Source: Hypanus sabinus (lineage: Eukaryota). From it: a stretch of 64,000 nucleotides of DNA. A model generated the notes under the pieces. That model did not search any database. It saw only the letters and a program-made list of their open reading frames with translations, and was not told where the DNA came from. This document shows, in pieces, positions 1 through 11,529 of the stretch (the stretch's first letter is position 1; every line of letters starts with the position of its first letter). The DNA lies in assembly GCF_030144855.1 (NCBI RefSeq), contig NC_082718.1, forward strand, positions 18,786,001-18,850,000. The letters run 5' to 3'. A program made the position numbers and the translations under genes.

Positions 1-519
1 TTCTCCAAAACAAAAATATCAGTATTGAAACTTGGTAGTCATTTGGGTTGATATTAACATTTTTATTAGAACTGTCAGAAATGAATGCTCTGAAACTTTG
101 CACTGGTTCTACTACATGACTTCCTGATGAAATGATTTAATCTGTTAAGGAGTTAGATGGTAGAAATCCCAAATGTTCATAAACTAAACTATAAAAATTC
201 ATGGAGAAAGAAAAGAAACCCTAAATGTTATTAAGTACTATTATTTACCATTATTAAGTTTTAGGCATCTCGTCAATCTAAGAATTCTCATTGAAATAAG
301 CTATGGAAAATTTGACTATCAATTTTTTTTCACAATCCACATGTAAAGTGTAATTTCTCTATGTTGGAATTTCCTAACAGCAGAATCCATAAAGGTATCA
401 CAGAATTTAAATAGGTAATGTAAACCCTGAACTGTTGAACTTCCTCAGAGTAATTCCATATGGATTTCCTTCTACATTTTCAATTTGGAACAGTTATTAA
501 AGGATAAAGCAATAATGCT

Positions 520-875
520 ACAAGTATTGCAGCCAAATCAGAGATCCAGCAACCTATCTTTGACTCTGACCTCAGGTTCATTCTGTGGGGAATTTGTATG
601 TCTTACCTGTTACTGTGTGGGGTTCTCCTGTATTCTCTGGTTTTCTTTCACATCCAGAAGAAGTGCTTGTTGTTAGGTTAACTGGTTGCTGTGATTCACC
701 CCTAGAGCAGGTGGGTAGCAGAAGAATTGGTGGGGGTAGAGTGGTGTTGACAGACAAGTGAGAGAAATACTTAGTTAACATAGAAAATAGAAGTGGCTAT
801 AGGATTGATGAGATAGTGCTGAGAGCAGGCATTAACTCAATAGGTTGACTGGCCTCCTACTATATCACAAGGATT
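520..875 (+). mobile_element. Decayed V-SINE-like tRNA-derived SINE with CR1-like tail
   Basis: Degenerate V-domain (tgtggggaatttgtatgtcttacctgttactgtgtggggttctcctg...ttttctttcacatccag...gttaggttaactgg) followed by a CR1-type 3' end (ataggttgactggcctcct). Family assignment is from recall. Confidence 0.5.
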
Positions 876-1114
876 TATGAAAATTTTAAATATGTCAAGT
901 GAAGCCTGACTTAGCACCTGAGTATCTGTGAAAATGTGTAGCATGTTGAATGTGTGTTCACTATTAAAATCTGAAGGTATTTAACTTGGTATATTGTAAT
1001 GTTTATCATCACCTTATATTTTTCCATATATTTTAATAACAGAATAGTATATCATTTAAAATCACTGTATCATTTTCAATTAATTGCATTTATCACTGCT
1101 GCTTATTAATTAAC

Positions 1115-1400
1115 CTCCAGGAGGACCACAACCTTGTTGTGTTTTGGAGGTTTGTGTGCCTCCATGACCCAGAGAGATATGTTGGCTGGCATTGGGGCAA
1201 TATACTTTAGCTCTTGGTAGAGTCACCCATGCCAAACAGGTCAAAGAGTAAAGGCTAGACTAAGAGTGGTCCACCAGTCCTCCAGGTTTGGGGCTAGCAA
1301 CCCTGTCTGGTAAAACAGAACTGTTACGGAACCAGCGATGAAGAATCCTTCTACAGCTGAGTGGCCATGGACAGAGAAGGAGGATCTTCATTGCTTTCCG
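1115..1400 (+). mobile_element. Non-autonomous RTE-derived (Expander/BovB-like 5' end) short element
   Basis: accacaaccttgttgtg...ggtagagtcacccatgccaaacaggtcaaag...agactaagagtggtccacc resembles the RTE 5' UTR and is joined directly to an RTE-like 3' end (ggaggatcttcattgct). No ORF. Confidence 0.6.
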
Positions 1401-1635
1401 AAAACTTGTTATTAATTAAGGTTTATGAAATAAGAGGTGTATCTTCATCCCTTCAAGTTGAGAAACTGTAGCTGTTATCAATATGAGGGAATGGCAAGTA
1501 GTACATTTTTCAAGTAGTACATACTTATTTTATCATCATGTTTTCGTACATTTCATGGTTTCATTTTGCATTTTGTGTGACAACATTTTTTCCTGATCTG
1601 ATGTCAAGTACTACAAATGACATTCAATGAAAATA

Positions 1636-1800
1636 AAATAAAACCCCGCAGGTGCTGGAAATCTGAAATAAAAACCGAGTTTATTAGAAACAGTAAGCAG
1701 ATAAAGCAGTTTCTGTGGGAAGCAAACAGAGTAATGTTTCAGGTTAAAGACCTTTTGTCAGAAAAGGAATGAAAGAAAACAACATGATTTTAAATTGCAT
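1636..1800 (-). mobile_element. Penelope-like element terminal fragment with degenerate hammerhead motif
   Basis: Minus strand reads CTGACAA-AAGGTCTTTAACCT-GAAAC followed by the ...ATTTCAGATTTCCAGCACCTGC tail shared with other PLE ends in the window. Confidence 0.55.
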
Positions 1801-1839
1801 CATGTGGTAAGCATTCAGAATGTTTCTCCATCTGTAACC

Positions 1840-3005
1840 TTGTGCCCCAGCCTATCATTGACTTACAATTACCATCAAGCCAAGAGATGAATCTTGTTTT
1901 ATTGATGAATGCAGAAGGTCATGCTGGGAACAGCACCAGTGATGCATAAAAATAACTTGTCAGTCTGGTAAAGCTAAAACAGGAGTACTTGCGTGCTACA
2001 GTATGATACAATAGATAGGGCTAAGCTATCTCATAACCAATGGATTAGATCAAAGCTCTGCATTCCTGCCACATCTACCTATAAATGGCGGCGGACAATT
2101 AAACAGCCAGTGGGAGGAACAGGATCCAACAATATCTCCGCTCTCAGTACCAGCTCCTCTGATAGCTAAAGAAAAGGTTGAAGCCATGTTTCATCAGAAG
2201 TGCTGAGTGGATGAACCATTTTGGCTTCCCACTGGGTTTCCTACCATTATAGAGGCCAGTTTGCAGTCCACAGAATTTACTCCACGTAACATCAAGAAAT
2301 GTCTGAGAGCTCTAGATATAATAAAAGCAGTGGGATCAGCTAATATAGCAGTTGTATTACTGAAGAAAATGTGTAGCCCTTCTCTTTGACTAAATATTGC
2401 AATACAATAATAACGCTGACAACTAACCTAGCAAGGTCAAAAATAGTCAAATGGAGTTTGGTATTAATAAATAGCCTACTCAGTGATGCCTAGTTTTACA
2501 GGACCACTGAACTCCAGACTTCAGACCTGGATCAAATAGCTGAATTCCCAAGGTGAGGTACTATCAATCCAATATTTGATTGAATGTTGAAAAACTGAAG
2601 TCATTGAGCATCTTGGAGAAATGGTTATAGTAACTGGAATTCTATCATATCATCTCCTAATTATCATTGCAGGATATCTTGACAGTGCCCCAAACCCAGT
2701 CATCTTTTGATGGTTCATTCATGATCTTCCTTCCACAAAATTTCAGAATGTTTGTTTAAGATTGCACAATGATCAACTGCATTTTTGAAGCAAAGCAGTC
2801 TGTACTTTTATGTGTCAGAATCCAGATAATATTCAGGCAAGTAATGTTTACTTACAAAAATGCCAGGCAATAATCACCTTAAACAAATGAGAAATGAATC
2901 ACCTATCCTTAACATTTATTAGATTACCATTGTTGAACTTTCCATCATCAGTACCCTGGGATTCGTGTAGACAAGAGTTGCAACTGAATAGCGATATAAA
3001 TAATT
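1840..3005 (+). mobile_element. Ancient decayed jockey-group (CR1/L2-related) LINE ORF2 remnant
   Basis: ORF 2207-2389 ...QSTEFTPRNIKKCLRALDIIKAVGSANIAVVLLK resembles the pre-RT 'LxxLDxxKAxGPDxI' motif. Flanks are heavily degenerate. Confidence 0.5.
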
Positions 3006-3089
3006 ATTTTTGTTCTTTAGTACATAGATTCCAAGATCCATTGGCAAGACATTATTTCATAGCCTTCATTAAAATTATAATTTACGTTT

Positions 3090-4650
3090 TCAATCAGAAT
3101 GAGATTTATTTTCACTAATATATATGATGTGAAATATTGTGCTGGGGCAGCAGCACAATGTAAGACATTGAAACCTATAAATTACAAAAATAAATAATGC
3201 AAAAGAAAAGGAATAATGAGGTCATGTTCATGGGTCATAGACCATCCAGAAAATTGATGATGGAGAGGAAGAAGTTGTCCTTCAACTGTTGAAGGTGGGT
3301 CTTCAAGCTTCTGTACCCCTCCCTGATGGTAGAGGACATGTTACAGGTGGTGACAGTCCTTAATGATAGATGCTGCCTTTTGAGGTACCACCTCTTGAAG
3401 GTGTCCTTGATGATGGGGAGCTGACTGAATCTATAACCCTTCATAGACTTTTGTGACCTGTGCACTAGAGGCTTCATTCTTCATAGATGTTACTTGAACT
3501 GTGTGATGCAACCAGTCAGAATTCTCTATGTTATGCATCTATAGAAATCTGTAAGAGTCTTTGGTGACATCCCACTTCTCCTAAAAGAGAGCCACTGGTG
3601 TGCCTTTTTTGTGATTGCTTTAATGTATTGGGCACAAGATAGATCCTCAGAGATGTTGATGCAACTTCTCACCTTTTCCAGTGCTGATCCTTCAGAGAGG
3701 ATGGAGTGTGTGCTTCTCTCCTTCCCCTTCCTGATGTTCACAATCAACTTCTTGGTCTTGCTGATGCTGGGTGCAAGGTGGTTGTTGTGATGCCATTTAA
3801 CCAGACTATTTATTTCACTCAAATACATCCCCCTGTCACTATCTGAGATGTTACTAACTACACTGGTGAATTATAGATGTTACTTGAACTGTGCTTAGCT
3901 CCACAGCCATGAATGAAGAGAGAGTAGAGCTGTCGCTAAGAAGGCATCCTGAGGTGTGCCTGTGTTGATTGTCAGAGAAGAGGAGGTGTTAATACTAAAC
4001 TGCACTGACTGTGGTCCACCAATAAGGAAGTGGAGGATCCAGTTGCAGAGAGAGGTACAGAGGTTAGGTTTTGAAGCTTATTCATTAGTATTGAGTGAAT
4101 AATGGTGTGGAACACTGAGCTGTAATTGATAAACAGGAGCCTGACATATGTATTGCAGATGTTTAGCCAAAGCACATTGGAGAGCTGGTGAGATTGCACT
4201 TGCTGTTGGCCTATGCAGCAGCAACAGGTCCTGGTCCTTGCTCAGACAGGAATTAATTCTAGCCATAACCAAACTCTCAAAGCACTTCATTATGGTAGAT
4301 GTGAGTGCTATCAGGTGGCAGTCACTGAGGCAGCTCACCCTGCTCTCCTGGAGCACCAAAGTGATTGCTGCCCTTTTGAAGAGGACAGGAACCTCAGACC
4401 TTAGTAGTGAGATTTTGAGGATGTCCTTGAATACTTTTTCCAGTTTTCAGTTCCTGGCCAGGTACACCATCAAGAACTAATACCCTTTCGAAGGATGTTT
4501 GGACATCAGCTTCCAAAACAAAGATCACAGGGTCACTAAATGCTGTGGGGATTCATACAGATGTAGTGTTATTCTCCCTTTCTAAACATGCACTGAAGGC
4601 ATTGAGATTGTAGGGGGGTGAAGCGTTACTGCCATTTATGCTGTCAAGTT
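3090..4650 (-). mobile_element. Rex1/Babar LINE, 5'-truncated, degenerate RT and 3' UTR
   Basis: Fragments IALTSTIMKCFESLV, TYVRLLFINYSSVFHTII, WHHNNHLAPSISKTKKLIV, ISEDLSCAQYIKAITKKAHQWL spread over several frames, plus an AT-rich 3' UTR at about 3090-3240. Confidence 0.85.
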
Positions 4651-4699
4651 TAACCATTTCTTCATTTCAAAGTTGATTGAGTCATTTTTTCCCCACATT

Positions 4700-5812
4700 T
4701 GTACTCCATATCCCATTTGCTTTCACACTTCACCTATTTTTATCCTCTGCAGATTCTTTGTGTCCTTACAAATTGCTAACCTACTTAGCTTTCTATCAGC
4801 AAATTTGGCTACAGTACCTTCAGACTCTTTACCTGGGTTATTAAAATAGTTTATAAATGATTGAGACACTAGTACTGAGGTCTGTGGCATCCCACTTTTT
4901 TCAGGTTGCCAAATCTGAAAATAACCCATTCATTTCTATTTTCTAATATTTGGAACTTCCCTATTCACGCCTATACATTTCATCCAACAACATGCACACT
5001 AGTGACTTCTGAACACCAAAATGCATTGCAATTACTATTTTTCCTTTATCCACCCTATTTGCTTCAATAAATTCAAAGAACTTCAGCAAATTCTCAGCTT
5101 CAACGTAATTTTCTGGTCATAATCTTTTTATGAATATCAATTCAATTAACTCAATAAATCAAGAACAGAAACATTAGACCGTAAGAGATAGGAGGAAAAT
5201 GAGACCGAGTCTTTTCTGCCATTCAATCTTGCTTCATTTGATATCCTCTCAAACCCATTCTCCTGCCCTCTTCTTGTGATCTTTGACATGCTTACTAATC
5301 AACCTCTTCTTTAAATATATACAAAGCTGTTTGTGGTACCCTCTGACTGAAGAAATTCCTCCTTGTGTCTCTTGTAAAGGAACATCCTTGTATTCTTGCC
5401 TGCTGTTCCTAGATTTATCCACAATTGGAAACATCCTCTCCATGTCTTTTCTATCTAGGCCATTTATTATTATTCAATAGGCTTCTATAAGATTTCCCCC
5501 ACCCTCCCATTCATCTAAGCTTCAGTGATTACTGGCTCAGGGCTATCAGATGTTCCTTATTCGTTAACCCTTTCAATCCTGGGATAATTCTTGTGAGCCT
5601 TCTCTGGACCCTCTCCAATGCCAGCACACCGTTTCCTCAATAAAGGGCCCAAAACTTCTCATAATACTCCAAGTGCAGACTGACCAGTGCCTTGTAAAGC
5701 CTCAGTATTACATCCTTGCTCTCGAAATGAATGATAACATTGCGTTGGCCTCCCTTACTACTGACTCAACCTGCAAGTTAACCTTTAGGGAATCCTGCTC
5801 TCGGAGTCCCAG
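4700..5812 (-). mobile_element. CR1 LINE 3' fragments
   Basis: SGMPQTSVL...VAKFAD (4723-4929) and MERMFPIVDKSR (5249-5443). CR1 3' terminal repeat near 5170-5200. Confidence 0.8.
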
Positions 5813-6617
5813 GTTGGTTGCTGGCATGCACTGTCATACTTTTCAATAACTATTACCAGCAAGAGAAAGTCTGAACACCTGTTTTTGATAGTCAATGGGA
5901 GTCAATATTCTTGGTAACGTCAGTGATCTGATTATAAAAATGCCATTCCTGTTGCAGCAAGTCAGAGATTGAGAAACTTTTTATATGGCTTGTTGCTCCC
6001 CCCTCCAGAATATACAAGCTAAAGTGTTCAAAAAGCTCCACAGTATCCAGAAAAATGTATTCTGAATATTTGGCATAATCTTAATCATTTTAGCTGCAAT
6101 GTGTGGTATATAAAGGATCTACTACAGCAACCTGACAAGATTTTTCCTTGGAAACCTACGAAACCAAACTTAGTCTGGTTACTTCTGGCCTCACAGCCTA
6201 TAAATTGAACATTAAAAGCTGCATTATTCACTTTCAGGAGCTGGAAGTTTAGTCCCTGTTGGTACAGCATAAAGCCTCACATGATTTTTTTTTAATACTT
6301 ACTATTTTCTGAGGAAGACCTGTCCCCTCTGATGAAGACCCTTCATCATCTTCTCAGAGCAACTACAAATGGGTCAATAAGATCTGCTACCAATGTTTTG
6401 TCCTGTAGAACATGCTCTGCCACCATGAGTAATACTTTCAAAATAATATAATACTTAGCTGACTTGAGTTTGAGCCTGACTTTTCAGCCTTTTGAACATC
6501 TTTTGGATACACCTCCACCATACTCAGTACTCTGATTTATGAATGACAATGTGCTGAAAGCTCTTTACGATTCTATCCACCTGTGATGCCATTTTCACGG
6601 AATTATTTATTTTTTTA

Positions 6618-6762
6618 AATTTATTGAAGTACAGCAGAGAATAGGTCCTTCTGGCCCTTTGAGCCAGGCCACCCAGCAGTCCCCCGAATTAATCCTAGCC
6701 TAATCATGGGACAATTTACAACGACCAATTAACCTATCAGCTGGTACATCTTTGGACTGTGG
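6618..6762 (-). mobile_element. Truncated V-SINE-like element inside an antisense CR1 remnant (about 6480-6970)
   Basis: cctagcctaatcatgggacaatttacaacgaccaattaaccta...tctttggactgtgg is shared with the fuller copy at 55815-56088. Confidence 0.6.
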
Positions 6763-8598
6763 TAATTATGATCTGTATATCCTGATCCCTTTGTTCTACC
6801 CTACTTCTCAGTGCTCTACTTTTCACTGTGTAAATCCTACCCTGGTTTGTCATCCCAAATTGCAACAGCTCACACTTATCTGCATTAAATTCCATTTGCC
6901 ATTTTTCAGCTGCTCCAGATCCTGCTGCAAGCTTTGATAGCCTTTCTTGCAGTCCACCACACCACCAATCTAGGTTTCAAATACTGTAAATGAAAATAAA
7001 TATTGACTAATATCACCTACAACAAATCTGTAAAAAGATTAACTTCATAGAACCTCAGAAGTTTAATTTTTCCCATTAACAAGTAACTGCTTGGCCATTG
7101 GCAATATGGTACAGCTAATAGAGCACCCTTGAAAATTCATATACAGGTCAGGGAATGTGATGATTATGCAATATAGTAATTATCATAGTTCACATGAAAT
7201 TGATTAGGTTACCTGTAGCATTATCACTCACTAGTTAAATTTCAATATTTGGGATTGCGATGTTAGCTTATTTAAAATAGATTATTGTAGACCTATACAC
7301 TAAATTTTAATCTTGGTAAGGTAGGGGAAATAGTATTAAAGAAATGTACTTGATCCAGTGCTCAATTTTGTTTTCATGCAATCCAATTTCTGCAGCCTGC
7401 TATCTTTACAGAACATTCCCTACTTAAAGATCAAGTCTAAATTTTGAGGCTTTCAATATCCTTAAATTAATTGATATCCCGAGGTTATAAAATCTTTAGC
7501 ATTCAGATCATAATGCCTGTTTTGATGGATGAGGCTTAAATCACAACATCAAGTTCTAAAGCAAAGACGTACTTAGAATTTATTTGAACATGTACCTTCA
7601 GGGTTAGCAGCTTCCCACTCTAATAAAGCTCACCATTATGTCTCTATCGATCATTAACCACAATTCTATTGACATTTATTTGGCATCAACAAAATGCTTA
7701 TGTCTTTATAAAAACATGAAATATTTCATATTATGATAATTATCTTTATAATATGTATATTTTAGTTTATTGAAATGATCTTGGGTGCATAAAATTCTGT
7801 ATATTTTATACCTAAAGCTGCTAGTTATTGTCTTTTCAGGGGGTGATGAATAAATGTACTTTAAAGCTTAGTTGTTGTTATATTGATAGTAACATTCATA
7901 AATCATTGCATTTCTTTTTATAATTTTCAATCATAGCTTGAACTAATAAGGTTATATCCATGTTCATTATTTTTAACATGAGTGACAGCAGTTGTTGTAG
8001 AAAACACTTATCAAAAGTTAGTTTCAAAATATCCAACGTCAGGAAAAATTCTCCTAGATGTCATGAATTTCCTATTGAATTTGCAGCACAAATCATGCCA
8101 ATTGATGTTGCTGGTTTGTTGATCAAATCTTTGTTTTATAACATTCTTTATCATTGAAATTCTCTTCCTAACCTCACAAAAACACACAAAATGCTGAACA
8201 AACATTTTGAGTTTGGCATTGACTTCTGAGTGTAGAAGTGTAAGAAAGTAATTTAATTTGTATTGTTGTTTCCTTGGTGACTTATAATATAACTCAATAG
8301 AATACAATGGTGCAAGGAATAAAAAAGATCTGGAGGATACTGAGTTCAGGTAGTACATACTGATTGCTTGAATCTTTTGAGCATGAAGAAGCTGGAGGTG
8401 TTAGACATCTTGGAACATTTAAGGGTGGATAAATTCCTTGGGCCAGATGAGAGCTCTCCCAGAATGCTACAGGAAACAAGAGAGCTGATTATTGGGCTTC
8501 TAACAGAGCTTCATTTTTAGCCACAAGTGAAATACCAGAAGACAAGGGGAAAGCTAATACTGTCTCTTTATTTGAGAGGTAATTACAGGCCAGTGAAC

Positions 8599-8815
8599 TG
8601 ATGCACCATCAATAACTCTCCCTGAGACGTAAAGGTGAGATATCGGCTTTTATTGACTGGAAGAAGGAACAAGCAGTGAGTGACCACCATACTACATCCT
8701 GGAGACAGAGAGGCCGGGCTCAGACCTCAATCGCCTTTATACAGGGGTCTGTGGGAGGAGCCACAGGAGCAGTCAGCAGGGGGCGTGTCCAGACAGGTAT
8801 ATGTAGTTCACCACA
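8599..8815 (-). mobile_element. Solo LTR (217 bp) with 5-bp TSD TGAAC
   Basis: TG...CA termini. TGAAC at 8594-8598 and 8816-8820. Minus strand has TATAAA (about 8736-8741) upstream of AATAAA (about 8649-8654). It interrupts the CR1 NYRPVS motif. Confidence 0.85.
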
Positions 8816-8967
8816 TGAACGTTATTAAGTGATAAGGAAATTATTGGAGAAAAATATAAGGGACAGGAAAGCAAGCACTAATTTGGGGATAGTCAGCATG
8901 GCTTGGATAGGCCAAGCTTATTTTCCCTAGACGTAAGAAGGCTAAGGGGTGATTTTACAGAAATATA

Positions 8968-9277
8968 CAGGTCCTTCCTAGGTAATGACAGGCTCTGTTT
9001 TACAGATATATATAAGTTGATTTTGTCTCTAAGTTGAAACATACACAAAAATCACTCAACATGGTATCCATATCGCCACAGTATTGTAACAAGTGGAATC
9101 AGAAGCAACTAAAACTGATAGGAATGACAGCTAATAAAAGTAGATGGAGGAAACTAGTTCTGCCATTCGTAGGAAAGAACATGCATACATACATCAGATT
9201 TTGAAGTTAATAATATTAAGGGAGCTCATTCATATGTAAGGGTCTTCATAAATCAGGCTGCCTTAATCCAGGTTCAG
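8968..9277. mobile_element. Decayed TcMar/Tigger-like non-autonomous DNA element
   Basis: Begins TA|CAGGTCCTTCCTAGGTAATGAC (Tigger-like TIR). The CR1 sequence stops before it and resumes after it (attatgagagg). The right TIR is poorly preserved. Confidence 0.4.
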
Positions 9278-10954
9278 TTTTTTTTTAATTATGAGAGGTT
9301 TAACAGAATAGATAGTCAAAAGCTTTTCCCATAGTAAGGCTATCAAAAACAAGAGGGTGTAGTTTCAAAGATGAAAGGTAATACTTTTAAAGAAGATCCA
9401 AGGGTTAGGGTTTTTTTTGCACAGAGAGTGATTGATAGTTGGAACACACTGCAAGAGGAGGAGGTGGAGTCAGAGATAAATCACGATATTTCAGAGGCAT
9501 TTAGATGGGCATGACTTTGAAGGATAAGGTCCTAATACAGGCAAATGGGATTAGTTAGACTGGGAAAAAGATCTACATGCATGAGATGTGCTGAATTGCC
9601 CATTTCTACGCTGTACAACTCTGCGTCTATGACTCTATTTATGGTGCCTTTCACAAACCTAAGAAAAGCCAAATGGTTTTTGAATCAATTAAGTGTTTTT
9701 GAAAAGCCAGTTCTCATTGTTCAGCTGTCTCACTCTGCCATCAATTCTATTCTTTACAGGACGCACCCAATTCAGAAACTAAAAAGGTCATCAAGTTGCT
9801 TTCAAGTGAGAAGCCGCTAGGTAGTTCTGTTGCTGCCCGATATAAAATATATTAAAATTGGGTCATCTACTCGGTTAAATTCATGAATGAATTGTTTTAT
9901 TGTATGTCTCGGATGATAGATTGTTTGGGATCTGCAAAGTAGTTCAGTTTTTACCTTCTAAAAGGGAATACGAAATTGTTTTATCTTTGATAATTTACAA
10001 GAATGATGCTCAAGCATTTTATATGTTGATTGACTTGCAGTAATTTTTCAATATGGATTAACAACAAGAAAATCTTCTTTTCCTTTGCTAATGAAGAAAC
10101 ATGTAGAATACAATTGATAGACTTTTATTATTGCTCGTTGACTGGTGACGTATTAAACATTGTTGGAAATCACTGAAAAATCCTTTCCAAAGCTGGTTTC
10201 CACTGAAGAATTTTGAAATACTTTAGTTAAAACAATTCCCATGGCTAGATTTATGGAGGATGGAGACATTTTAAGGACTTCTGAGCAAGAATGTGTTTCT
10301 GAAATAGATATATTTTTTAACCATTTTGGGTGTATCTATGCTTGTTACGGATTATAATTTCCTCAGAGTTAAGATATGATTCAGATCAGATAAATAGTTT
10401 TCAGCCTTTTTCTGTAGACCATAACTAAAGTTTTCAATGCACTTTGCTGTGAAGTCCTTTTTGTGAATATCAGTAGTCCTATTCCCCTGGTGAAGTACAA
10501 AGGAACTTGATTTTGAGTTTTAAAATAATTGTGACATTCTTCTAGTAAGTCCCAGGTCATGCTTCATCAGTATCAGTGGTTGTATACTTAAGGCTGTGGA
10601 TAGATTCACCCAACTGTAAATTGTTTAAAATAGTCCATGTTGTTGCAGAAACTCTAGTGAATTGTCAACACCAGTTTGGTTTTCGCCTGATCCCTTCTGT
10701 GCTATCAATCACTAGATCAGTTTCAAAGGCTACAGGATATTATTTTGAGTACTTCTTTCCTATGAAATTTTGGAAATTTATATATATTTAATTTTTAAAA
10801 ATCATGTCCCTGTGATCATAGTTAATGATCAGAAAGCAAAATCCCTGAATCAAAGTTCTTAAAGAAAACATACTGGTCATTCATCATGACAACACAATTT
10901 TGTTGGTCAGGTTGCAATCCCAGTTTATCTGAAATTGGAGCATTCTATATTTAA

Positions 10955-11525
10955 GGCAACACACATAAAATTCTGGAGGAACTCAGCAGGTCAGGCAGTG
11001 TCTATGAAAAAGAGTAAACAGTTGATGTTTTGGGCCAAGACCATTCATCAGGACATAAGTATTCTATATTTATGTCATCAGCTCTCCCTCTGCCTTTTTT
11101 CTTTTTTTTCTTGATCTACCTACCTACTGTCCTACACCCATCCCAGTCCTCACTTCATTACTTATTACCCACACATTCCTTCCGCTGGGTACCCTCTCCC
11201 ATTGTTCCCACTGCCCACCTCACTTGCTTTGTTTGATTCCATTCACCATCTTCTTCTCCCATCAGATTCCATCATCTGCAGCCCTTAATTACTTCCACTT
11301 ATCATTTCCTAGCTTCTGACGTTATTCCCACTCTTCTCTCACCCTGATTCATCTATTATTTGATACTTCTTGCCTCACCCATTCCCTTTTTTAATACTTG
11401 CTATACCCTCTCTATTTCTCAGTCAAGATGAAGAGTTTCAGCCAGAAATATCACCTGTCCATTTCCCTCCATAGATGCTGCCTAACCCACTGACTTCATC
11501 CAGAATCTTGTTTATTGCTCTAGAT
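10955..11525. mobile_element. Penelope-like element ends in inverted arrangement
   Basis: Antisense terminal unit at 10955-11054 and a sense pyrimidine-rich 3' region ending in the same unit at about 11420-11525. The last bases of the tail (agattccagcatc) reappear at about 13350, after a CR1 insertion. Confidence 0.7.
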
Positions 11526-11529
11526 ATGA

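Larger units (their letters stand above)
8395..9635 (+). mobile_element. CR1 LINE remnant, internally deleted and split by two insertions
   Basis: gtggataaattccttgggccagatg (VDKSPGPD-like), aattacaggccagtga (NYRPV), agtcagcatggc (SQHG), and a CR1 3' end at about 9560-9635. Confidence 0.8.

Noticed and set aside
8011-8358. 115-aa minus-strand ORF in unique DNA
   Set aside because: No recognisable domain, composition typical of AT-rich non-coding DNA, and no convincing flanking splice sites.
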